Source: a virus
Length of the DNA: 44,047 bases
Reading direction: 5' to 3' (one strand)
Virus genome (UHGV): UHGV-0196292
Part shown: positions 17,379-25,231 of the stretch, piece by piece
Position numbering within the stretch: the stretch's first letter is position 1
Layout: every line of letters begins with the position of its first letter
Position numbers and translations under genes: made by a program
The notes under the pieces: generated by a model
What the model saw: only the letters and a program-made list of their open reading frames with translations
Told to the model about the DNA's origin: nothing
Databases searched by the model: none

Positions 17379-18652
17379 TGATTCTAAAAGAACGCGGCGG
17401 CAATAACGATGTGCACGCCCTGCTGTCGCCGTCAGGTGCTAAGAAGTGGCTGACGTGCAGTGCATCACTGGCCTGTGAAAGAGATATCCCTAACACATCG
17501 GGTAAAGCCGCCGTATTAGGCACAGCCATGCACACCATAGCTGAGATGCATCTAAACCAGTACATCAAAGGCACTGCGTTGCCGTTAGAACGTGAAGTCG
17601 GTGCTTACGTGCTGGATGAGGGTAAAGGTCAGATTAAGGCGCTAATCAGTCCGATGAAAGGTGCGGTACTAATTACGGCGGACATGATTGAGCAGGTGCG
17701 CAAGTACACCGACTACTGCAAAGCGATTATCGATGTAGCGACTTACGCCAAGCTGGAAATGCGTGTCAATCTTACTGAGGTATTGCATCCGGGTTATGGA
17801 GGCGTTGAGACGTTCGGAACCGCCGACCTTGTTGCCGTTCTTGAAAAGGCGAACACAGACGAACATATCCTCAATGTTACCGACCTGAAAACCGGGCGGC
17901 ATCGTGTCGAAGCGAAAGAAAACAAGCAGCTTATGCTTTACGCTCTCGGTGTTTATCGCCGGCTCAAGAGACGTTATAACATCACCATGGTTCGTCTGGT
18001 CATCTTCCAGCCGTACGCGGGTGGCGCGTCGGAGTGGGACATCTCAGTTGAAGGTCTGGAGCTGTTCGCTAAGTTTGCGCAGAAACGCGCACTGTTAGCC
18101 CTCGATGCTTATTCCCGCGGCAAGAAGAACCTGAAGGCATCGGATTTCAAGCCGTCAGTAGATGGTTGTCAGTGGTGCCGGTTCTCTGAACAGTGCGCCG
18201 CGCGTACAAAAACAGTTAACGCGGTACTGGCAGAAGAACTGGAGGACGACTTTGCACTGGAACTGACGCCAGAGCAACTAGTAGCTGAATACGAGAAGCT
18301 GCCGCTGTTGCGCCAGCACATCGACAAGGTTGAAAAAGCGATGGCTGCCGCGTTGCATTCCGGTAAGAAAGTGCCGGGGTACAAGCTGGTTGAAGGTCGT
18401 CCTGGTAATCGTGCGTGGAAGGATGAAGACGCAGTAAATAAATTCAGAGAAAACCATGTAAACGGCTACTTATTAGATAAACTAGTGCCAGTTACCCCAA
18501 CAGAAGCAGAAAAAACCATAGGTAAAATTGACCCAGAACTGTGGGAAGAATTGGCTAAACTCGTGACACGTAAGCCAGGCGCACCATGTGTCGCAACGGC
18601 AGACGACAAACGCCCTGAGTGGAATCAGGTAACAGAGGAGGATTTAGAATGA
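17378..18652 (+). CDS. Cas4-like PD-(D/E)XK exonuclease (DUF2800-type)
   Basis: N-terminal Cys plus C-terminal C-x2-C-x5-C (CQWCRFSEQC) Fe-S pattern; DLK catalytic-type motif; sits with SSB-like and PolA genes. Confidence 0.7.
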   Translation: MILKERGGNNDVHALLSPSGAKKWLTCSASLACERDIPNTSGKAAVLGTAMHTIAEMHLNQYIKGTALPLEREVGAYVLDEGKGQIKALISPMKGAVLITADMIEQVRKYTDYCKAIIDVATYAKLEMRVNLTEVLHPGYGGVETFGTADLVAVLEKANTDEHILNVTDLKTGRHRVEAKENKQLMLYALGVYRRLKRRYNITMVRLVIFQPYAGGASEWDISVEGLELFAKFAQKRALLALDAYSRGKKNLKASDFKPSVDGCQWCRFSEQCAARTKTVNAVLAEELEDDFALELTPEQLVAEYEKLPLLRQHIDKVEKAMAAALHSGKKVPGYKLVEGRPGNRAWKDEDAVNKFRENHVNGYLLDKLVPVTPTEAEKTIGKIDPELWEELAKLVTRKPGAPCVATADDKRPEWNQVTEEDLE

Positions 18653-18900
18653 TTCGTAAAATGTTCAGGGTGCTTGGTGGGTTTGTGGCGTGTATTGTTT
18701 TCTGGGTTCTTATGCTGCCCCTAACGCTACCGACATTTATCTTAATGTGCCTTACGGTATGTGTAGCGCAAACTCGCGACATCGAAGCCATCCTGCGTGA
18801 TAAATCGTGGAAGACACAGGCGCTTCGATTCATAAACAACATGAAATGGCCCAACAAGTATATTGAGATAGTTGAGAAAATAACTGGCTGGAAGGGTTGA
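18649..18900 (+). CDS. small membrane protein
   Basis: Start at MIRKMF (overlaps nuclease stop); two hydrophobic helices. Confidence 0.4.
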   Translation: MIRKMFRVLGGFVACIVFWVLMLPLTLPTFILMCLTVCVAQTRDIEAILRDKSWKTQALRFINNMKWPNKYIEIVEKITGWKG

Positions 18901-18925
18901 CACCTGAATAGTTAGCTACTATATT
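18897..18925 (+). promoter_or_regulatory. internal sigma70-like promoter TTGACA-N17-TATATT with GAATAG palindrome-like element
   Basis: Consensus -35 at 18897-18902; GAATAGttagCTACTAT 18906-18922. Confidence 0.45.
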
Positions 18926-18984
18926 TCTAATCACTGGCCGGGCAGCCTCCCGGAGTAAGCGAAACTTAAAAGCGAGAAATCAAG

Positions 18985-19611
18985 ATGGGTATTAAACTGA
19001 ATCTGCGTAAAGTAAACACTGCATGGGTTAACGTATTCGAACGCGAAAAAGACCGTGAAAACGATGATGGCTCAATCACTAAAGGCCAGTACAGCGCGAC
19101 TATCATCCTGCCGTCTGACCACGCGCAAATCGACGCGCTCTACGACACAGTTTATGCTGTAGTTGAAGAAGCATTGGGTGCCGCTGCTGCCGAGAAGTGG
19201 ATGAAATCCAACTACGGAGAAGGTAAGCACATGGATAAATGTGCGATTAAGGACATTGCCGAGCGTGACAATCCGTTTGAAGACTTCCCGGAAGGCTTCT
19301 ACTTCAAAGCTAAGGCACAGAAACAGCCACTGATTGTAACCTCTAAAAAAGGTGAGACTCAGGTAGAACAGGACTTCAACGTAGACGGCGAACAGATTGA
19401 AGGTGAACAGGTTTACAGCGGCTGCGTTGCTAACGTAAGCGTCGAAATCTGGTTCAGCCAGAAATACAAAGTCCTCGGTGTTAACCTGCTGGCGATTAAA
19501 TATGTTGGCGAAGGTAAAGCGTTCGGTGGTTCTAAAGTCGCCGCAAGTGTAGACGACCTGGAAGACGACGATGAAGATGAAGCACCGCGACGCGAACGTC
19601 GCCGTCGCTAA
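18985..19611 (+). CDS. ssDNA-binding protein (DUF2815-like)
   Basis: Position between Cas4-like nuclease and PolA; acidic DDLEDDDEDE tract followed by basic RRERRRR tail. Confidence 0.55.
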   Translation: MGIKLNLRKVNTAWVNVFEREKDRENDDGSITKGQYSATIILPSDHAQIDALYDTVYAVVEEALGAAAAEKWMKSNYGEGKHMDKCAIKDIAERDNPFEDFPEGFYFKAKAQKQPLIVTSKKGETQVEQDFNVDGEQIEGEQVYSGCVANVSVEIWFSQKYKVLGVNLLAIKYVGEGKAFGGSKVAASVDDLEDDDEDEAPRRERRRR

Positions 19612-19630
19612 TATCTGAATCAATTTAACT

Positions 19631-19654
19631 AAGGCCCTTCATTGGGCCTTTTTA
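19631..19654 (+). terminator. rho-independent terminator
   Basis: AAGGCCC-ttcatt-GGGCCTT followed by TTTT. Confidence 0.65.
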
Positions 19655-19670
19655 CTAAGGGTCAAAAATA

Positions 19671-21842
19671 ATGAGTTACCTGTTCTTAGACTTTGAAACA
19701 TTCTCCGAGGCCGATTTAAAGAAAGTTGGCTCCTACGCTTACGCCGAACACCCAACCACCGAAGTGCTCATCTGTACCTATGCTTTTGACGACGAGCCTG
19801 TACAGGTATGGGATTGCACCGACGGCAGCGACATGCCGGGAGATTTGCACCGCGCGTTACGCCGTCTGGTTAAGCCAAACAGCCGCATCAAGATGGTGTG
19901 GCACAACGGCTCAATGTTCGATCGTCTTGTCATGAAGCACTGCTGGGGTTTTGATATTCCGGTAAGCAACACCATTGATACGATGATTTGGGCGTTTCGT
20001 CACGCGCTGCCGGGTTCACTTGATGCGTTGTGCGAAGTGCTGGGCGTATCTGCGGACAACGCGAAAGACAAACGCGGCAAGGCTCTGATTCAGCGTTTTT
20101 CTAAACCGACGCCGAAGAACTACAAAATACGTCGCTACACCGCCGAAACACACCCGGACGAGTGGGCGATATTCATCAAGTACGCCGTGAGCGACATCAC
20201 CGCGATGCGTGAAGTCTTCCATAAGCTGCCGCGTTGGGGTAACTCCGAGTTCGAGGACCGGGTGCTTGAGCTGGACCAGTTAATCAATGACCGAGGGTTT
20301 AAGGTTGACGTAGCGCTGGCAGAAGCCGCAATTGAAGCCGTGGAGAAACACAAAGCGCAGTTACAGGAAGAAGCCCAGCGCAAATACGGCGGCTCTCTTA
20401 CTGGTAAAGACTTCCTTCCGATTCTGCGCGAACTTGCGCCCGCGCACCGCATCCACAATGCGCAGAAGTCAACGCTTCATGACCTGCTGGCAGACGATGA
20501 TTTACCGGACGATGCGCGTACTATTATCGAAATGCGGCTCGGGGCCGCGTCCACCGCATCAACGAAATATAACCCACTGCTGTTGGGCCGCTCTTCGGAC
20601 GACCGACGCCGCGGTTGTATCCAGTACGGCGGGGCAAAGCGTACGTTACGGTTTGCGGGTAAAGGCTTCCAGCCGCAGAACCTCGCACGCGGGTACTATC
20701 ATGATGATGAACTGGATAAAGGTATTTCCGCGCTACTTAAAGGCCGTGCGCATCGCCGTTTTGATGTAGCCAAACTAACGGCATCGACGGTGCGTAGCTG
20801 CATCATACCGGAAGCCGGGCATAAGTTTGTCGTTGCCGATTACTCTAACGTTGAAGGCCGTGGTTTGGCGTGGCTGGCTGGGGAAGACGATTTAATCGAA
20901 GTATTTGTAAACGGGGTTGATGTGTATAAGAAACTCGCATCAACGGTGTTCAACGTTGCCTATGAGGATGTAACAAAGGACCAAAGACAAATAGCCAAAG
21001 CAATGGTTCTGGGCCTCGGCTACGCGGGAGGTGTCGGTGCTTTCGTCACGTTTGCTAAAAACTTAGGTCTTGATTTGAACGATATGGCCCGCACTTTAGA
21101 CGGAACTTTCCCGGACCATATTTGGGCTGCTACCGCACGCGGTTACGAGTGGGCGCGTATTCAGGAAGCCAAGCGACCACCACGTCCTGGTGAAAAGGAT
21201 GACAGGCCATCGTATATTCTTGATAAGAAAGTGTGGCGTACCTGCGACGCTTTAAAACGCATGTACCGAGAAGCTAATCCTGCAATAGTCAAATTCTGGC
21301 GGGATATTGAAGACGCGGCCATGGCGGCTATCCGCAACCCAGGTAAAGAGTTCACCGCAGGGCCACGCGGCGTTAAGTTTTCGCGTAACGTAGAGACAGA
21401 CAACAACGGCAACAAAGTCGCCGGTTGGTGGTTGCGCATGACGTTGCCGTCGGGCCGCGTCATGTCTTACCCGGGCGTCGGGTTGAGCGTGTCGAAAGAG
21501 ACAGACGAAGACGGGAAGGTGTCTACTAACGTGCGCATCAAGTACCAGGGTGAAAATCAGCTAACCCGTCAGTGGGGGTTCCAGTACACCTACTCCGGTA
21601 AACTGGTGGAAAACTGCACTCAGGCGTTGTGCCGTGATTTGCTGGCCAACGCGCTGCTGAACGTTGAGGCAAACGGCTACCCGATTGTGCTTCACGTACA
21701 CGATGAGATTATCTGCGAGACACCAGATTTACCGGAATACAATGTAGCAGAGCTTGAGCGGTTGATGTGCGAATTACCGGAATGGGCAGAAGGCTTCCCT
21801 CTTGTAGCGGAAGGTGCGGAGATGAAGCGTTATGCTAAGTAA
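19671..21842 (+). CDS. family A DNA polymerase with 3'-5' exonuclease domain
   Basis: Exo I (LDFETFS), motif A (DYSNVEGR), motif B (KDQRQIAKAMVLGLGYAGG), motif C (HVHDE). Confidence 0.9.
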   Translation: MSYLFLDFETFSEADLKKVGSYAYAEHPTTEVLICTYAFDDEPVQVWDCTDGSDMPGDLHRALRRLVKPNSRIKMVWHNGSMFDRLVMKHCWGFDIPVSNTIDTMIWAFRHALPGSLDALCEVLGVSADNAKDKRGKALIQRFSKPTPKNYKIRRYTAETHPDEWAIFIKYAVSDITAMREVFHKLPRWGNSEFEDRVLELDQLINDRGFKVDVALAEAAIEAVEKHKAQLQEEAQRKYGGSLTGKDFLPILRELAPAHRIHNAQKSTLHDLLADDDLPDDARTIIEMRLGAASTASTKYNPLLLGRSSDDRRRGCIQYGGAKRTLRFAGKGFQPQNLARGYYHDDELDKGISALLKGRAHRRFDVAKLTASTVRSCIIPEAGHKFVVADYSNVEGRGLAWLAGEDDLIEVFVNGVDVYKKLASTVFNVAYEDVTKDQRQIAKAMVLGLGYAGGVGAFVTFAKNLGLDLNDMARTLDGTFPDHIWAATARGYEWARIQEAKRPPRPGEKDDRPSYILDKKVWRTCDALKRMYREANPAIVKFWRDIEDAAMAAIRNPGKEFTAGPRGVKFSRNVETDNNGNKVAGWWLRMTLPSGRVMSYPGVGLSVSKETDEDGKVSTNVRIKYQGENQLTRQWGFQYTYSGKLVENCTQALCRDLLANALLNVEANGYPIVLHVHDEIICETPDLPEYNVAELERLMCELPEWAEGFPLVAEGAEMKRYAK

Positions 21843-21963
21843 ACTGATTATTGCGGTACTGGCGGGATTCGCCGCCGTTGTCTATTGTCACGAGGGTCAA
21901 TACGGCATGATTGTCGCCGTACTGGGCATGTTCATCGCAATTTATCTGTGGGTGCTGGAATGA
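21832..21963 (+). CDS. micro-protein, two-TM (43 aa)
   Basis: Hand translation MLSKLIIAVLAGFAAVVYCHEGQYGMIVAVLGMFIAIYLWVLE; start overlaps PolA 3' end. Confidence 0.35.
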   Translation: MLSKLIIAVLAGFAAVVYCHEGQYGMIVAVLGMFIAIYLWVLE

Positions 21964-22049
21964 AAATTTACTGGTTACACGAAGAAGACCGCCGAATCTG
22001 CCCGCGCTGTGGCATTGAGCATACAAAACGAGAGGGGTGCGTATTATGA
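21960..22049 (+). CDS. micro-protein with CxxC zinc-ribbon-like motif (29 aa)
   Basis: Hand translation MKIYWLHEEDRRICPRCGIEHTKREGCVL; ATGA overlap with preceding ORF. Confidence 0.3.
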   Translation: MKIYWLHEEDRRICPRCGIEHTKREGCVL

Positions 22050-22198
22050 CAATGTTTGCATTTTGGACGATAGTAACCCTGCTCGCACTGTTACTCGGTG
22101 CAGGAATAGCCGCGATGTTCTGTTACGGTCTGTTCTTTAAGTTTGTCGGTATTGCGGTTCTCGGAGGGGCGTTTATAACCTGGACTCTGCGGTCATGA
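22046..22198 (+). CDS. micro-protein, two-TM (50 aa)
   Basis: Hand translation MTMFAFWTIVTLLALLLGAGIAAMFCYGLFFKFVGIAVLGGAFITWTLRS; ATGA overlaps on both sides. Confidence 0.35.
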   Translation: MTMFAFWTIVTLLALLLGAGIAAMFCYGLFFKFVGIAVLGGAFITWTLRS

Positions 22199-22506
22199 CT
22201 AAAGAGGGCCGCGTACAGAAATACGCAAAAGAGCGATTCGAGGCCATTGGTGGCCTCATTCGTAAACTTTCCTACGAGGGGCGCTCCGGCGCTCCCGACC
22301 TGCTGGTAATTCTCCCCGGGGGCATCGTCTGGTTCGTCGAGGTGAAGAAAGACGAAAACACGAAGCCAGACCCGCACCAGCTACGTGAGCACGAGCGGAT
22401 GCGCAAACGCGGTGCAAATGTTTTTGTCGTTGGGTCGTTTAAACAGGTTGACGACCTAATAGCGAACTATTATAGTTATCCGTACACCAACAATATAAGG
22501 AATTGA
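22195..22506 (+). CDS. VRR-NUC domain nuclease
   Basis: Core GAPDLLVILPGGIVWFVEVKKDEN...LREHE (PD-(D/E)XK-type) in ~100 aa. Confidence 0.7.
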   Translation: MTKEGRVQKYAKERFEAIGGLIRKLSYEGRSGAPDLLVILPGGIVWFVEVKKDENTKPDPHQLREHERMRKRGANVFVVGSFKQVDDLIANYYSYPYTNNIRN

Positions 22507-22509
22507 GAA

Positions 22510-22701
22510 ATGAAATACGAATATGGCTGCAAACCAGCACGTGACATCGTACCGGGCGACATGATTTTCAACGTTAAGACCCGCCAGCCTGTTGCCGTTG
22601 ATACGGTGTTCGTAGAGTCTAACGGTAAACTGGTAATCGAAGATGTAACCGGTAACGTTACGGCGTTCGGACGTAAAGAGTTGGTGCTGGTGGCCAAATG
22701 A
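22510..22701 (+). CDS. hypothetical small beta-rich protein
   Basis: 63 aa ORF between VRR-NUC and methyltransferase genes. Confidence 0.35.
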   Translation: MKYEYGCKPARDIVPGDMIFNVKTRQPVAVDTVFVESNGKLVIEDVTGNVTAFGRKELVLVAK

Positions 22702-23642
22702 ACTATTACAACGAATGGGATAAAGGCGCAGCCGCGTGGCTGCGTGAATTAATAAAACAGGGCCACATACCTTTTGGAGTTGTAGATGAAAGAAGCATTA
22801 CCGAAGTTAAGCCAGAAGACCTTGACGGGTTCACCCAGTGTCATTTTTTCGCTGGCATCGGCGGCTGGCCTCTCGCGCTCAGACTTGCGGGAGTTTCGGA
22901 AGATACGCCTCTCTGGACGGGAAGCCCGCCTTGCCAACCGTTTAGCGCGGCAGGAAAACAACTCGGACAGTTCGACCCGAGACACCTCGCGCCAGTCTTC
23001 CTCGACCTCATCAGCGAGTGCCACCCTCCAGTCCTCTTTGGGGAACAGGTTGCGCCAGCAATTGCAAAATCGTGGATGTGCGATTTACAAACTCACCTGG
23101 AAGGAGAAGACTACGCCGTCGGGTTTGCCGTACTCCCAGCTTGTAGCGTCGGCGCTCCGCACAAAAGAGAACGACTCTTCTTTGGTGCGTACCAACTGGC
23201 CTGCACCGACAGCGAACGATTACAAAGGGAGCGGAGAGACTGTTATCCGCAAGGACGGGAAGGACAGAACATTCGACAGGCTGGACTACTCAACGGAACA
23301 GGGGCTAAAACTGACGAATTGGCCCACCCCTCGCAGTTCGGATGGGGAAAAGAACGTGAGAACACTAGAGGGGGCGCTATCGGAGATTCAGAGGAAGGGT
23401 GGGCCTCAAGACGTGGCACAAGCGGCGGCGATAACACAACTAATTCGCATCACGGCTTCTGGTCAGATGCTGACTGGCTCGGATGCCGGGATGGAAAGTT
23501 CCGGCCAGTTGAACCCGACACATTCCCGCTGGCTAATGGGATACCCGCCAGAGTGGGACGATTGCGCGGTTACGGCAATGCCATCGTCCCGCAAGTAGCC
23601 GCCGAATTTATAAAGGCGTTTATGGGGGCCGTAAATGAGTAA
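22698..23642 (+). CDS. DNA (cytosine-5) methyltransferase, apparently frame-disrupted
   Basis: Frame 0: motif I FAGIGGW, IV PPCQPFSAAGK, VI FGEQV, VIII GAPHKRERLFFGAY, X GYGNAIVP; motif IX (RWLMGYPPEW) and WPxPTA-type TRD repeats only in +1 frame (track ORF 22786-23598). Confidence 0.6.
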   Translation: MNYYNEWDKGAAAWLRELIKQGHIPFGVVDERSITEVKPEDLDGFTQCHFFAGIGGWPLALRLAGVSEDTPLWTGSPPCQPFSAAGKQLGQFDPRHLAPVFLDLISECHPPVLFGEQVAPAIAKSWMCDLQTHLEGEDYAVGFAVLPACSVGAPHKRERLFFGAYQLACTDSERLQRERRDCYPQGREGQNIRQAGLLNGTGAKTDELAHPSQFGWGKERENTRGGAIGDSEEGWASRRGTSGGDNTTNSHHGFWSDADWLGCRDGKFRPVEPDTFPLANGIPARVGRLRGYGNAIVPQVAAEFIKAFMGAVNE

Positions 23643-25059
23643 GTTTCAAAGGCGCGAATACCAGAAGCTCATGACTTCGTTCATGCTGCAACATCCGCGC
23701 TGTAATATTTGGGCGAGCATGGGCGCCGGGAAGACCGGCAGCGTACTGTGGACATTAAACCGACTGTTCCGCAACGGCCAACTTAATGATGACGACCGCG
23801 TGTTAATACTCGCCCCGCTGCGCGTTGCGTCCGGCACATGGCCCGCAGAACAAGAGAAATGGCAATTCCCATGCCTGAATGTCGTCGATGCTACCGGTTC
23901 AGAGAAGCGCCGCATCACGGCGCTGGAGTCAGACGCCAATGTGATTTGCATCAACTACGAGGTCATAGACTGGCTTATTGACTATTACGGCGTGGATGAC
24001 TGGCCATTTACTGTAATAGTCAACGATGAAAGCACGAAATTGAAATCATATCGTAGCCGTTCCGGGGGGAGCAAGCGGGCTAAGGCACTTAGTAAAGTAG
24101 CATTCAGAAATGTTAAGAGGTTGATAAACCTTACTGGTACGCCATCGCCAAACGGCCTCAAGGATTTGTGGGGCCAGAACTGGTTTATAGACGCTGGCGA
24201 GCGACTTGGTTCTTCGTACACGGCATTCACCGACCGCTGGTTTAACTCGGTACAGAAGGGCAAATCAGCTATGGCGCGCGAGTACCACGCCCGCCCTGGC
24301 GCAGATAACGAGATTCACCAGAAGATGAAGGATATTAGTCTCACTATTGACGCTGCCGAGTGGTTCGGCTGTGAAGCGCCGATTATCGTTCCTGTTGAAA
24401 TCGACCTGCCGAAGAAAGCACGTCAGGCGTACATTGATATGGAGGAGAAGTTATTCGCGGAACTGGAGAGCGGGGAAGTTGAAGCGGCTAATGCAGCAGC
24501 GAAGACGTCGAAGTGTTTGCAGATTGCCTCTGGTGCCGTGTATGTATCGGGGCCAGACGGTGAAGCAACCAAAGACTGGGAGAAAGTGCACGACACGAAA
24601 CTGGATGCGCTCGAGTCGATTGTTGAGGAGTTACAGGGCGCTCCGTTACTGGTGGCCTATCAGTTTAAGCACGAACTGGAACGTATCCTTAAGCGTTTCC
24701 CACAAGCTCAGGCGTTTGCCAAAGGTGCGAAGGGCAATAAGCAGATGGAGGCGTGGAACCGTGGCGAAATACCTATGCTCCTGATACACCCCGCCTCCGC
24801 AGGCCACGGGCTGTCGCTACAACACGGCGGGCACCACATGGCCTTTATGAGTCAGGGGTGGAACCTGGAACATTATCTGCAGGTTATCGAGCGTATAGGC
24901 CCAGTAAGGCAGATGCAATCTGGGTATAAACGGTCTGTATTCATTTATCAAATAATAGCCCGAGATACTCTTGATGAAGTTGTTGCCGCGCGTACCGACG
25001 AGAAAAGGTCCGTACAGGACGAACTACTTAATTATATGAAGCGCAGAGGTAAGAAATGA
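23635..25059 (+). CDS. SNF2-family helicase
   Basis: P-loop (GAGKTG), DExx-like (VIVNDEST), LTGTPSPN motif and C-terminal helicase region. Confidence 0.8.
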   Translation: MSKFQRREYQKLMTSFMLQHPRCNIWASMGAGKTGSVLWTLNRLFRNGQLNDDDRVLILAPLRVASGTWPAEQEKWQFPCLNVVDATGSEKRRITALESDANVICINYEVIDWLIDYYGVDDWPFTVIVNDESTKLKSYRSRSGGSKRAKALSKVAFRNVKRLINLTGTPSPNGLKDLWGQNWFIDAGERLGSSYTAFTDRWFNSVQKGKSAMAREYHARPGADNEIHQKMKDISLTIDAAEWFGCEAPIIVPVEIDLPKKARQAYIDMEEKLFAELESGEVEAANAAAKTSKCLQIASGAVYVSGPDGEATKDWEKVHDTKLDALESIVEELQGAPLLVAYQFKHELERILKRFPQAQAFAKGAKGNKQMEAWNRGEIPMLLIHPASAGHGLSLQHGGHHMAFMSQGWNLEHYLQVIERIGPVRQMQSGYKRSVFIYQIIARDTLDEVVAARTDEKRSVQDELLNYMKRRGKK

Positions 25060-25193
25060 ACATCATAGCCCCGATTCCGGCATTGCAAAAACGTATCAAA
25101 GAACTTGAGGAGGAGGTTCTACGGCTACGGCAGCAAAGAGACGCCGCTAATGCGCAACTGGCGTTTGTACTGGAGAAGTTATCAGAAGAGTAG
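25056..25193 (+). CDS. small coiled-coil protein (45 aa)
   Basis: Hand translation MNIIAPIPALQKRIKELEEEVLRLRQQRDAANAQLAFVLEKLSEE; ATGA overlap with SNF2 stop. Confidence 0.35.
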   Translation: MNIIAPIPALQKRIKELEEEVLRLRQQRDAANAQLAFVLEKLSEE

Positions 25194-25195
25194 AG

Positions 25196-25228
25196 AAAAG
25201 GCCCCGTTATGGGGCCTTAGTTTTATGA
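25196..25228. terminator. bidirectional terminator between convergent replication and tail blocks
   Basis: AAGGCCCC-gttat-GGGGCCTT with T-runs on both strands. Confidence 0.65.
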
Positions 25229-25231
25229 TGG

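Noticed and set aside
22786-23598. 270-aa plus-strand ORF overlapping the methyltransferase gene, as a possible separate gene
   Set aside because: Its N-terminal half is Ser/Arg-rich low complexity; its C-terminal half holds the TRD and motif IX of the same methyltransferase in a shifted frame. It is the out-of-frame middle of that gene, reported as a finding.
22195-25059. VRR-NUC + methyltransferase + SNF2 helicase as a DISARM/BREX-like defence island
   Set aside because: The genes sit in the replication operon with PolA, SSB-like and Cas4-like genes; no PLD nuclease, DUF1998 or large PglX-type methylase is present. A replication/recombination module with a self-protective methylase is the simpler reading.
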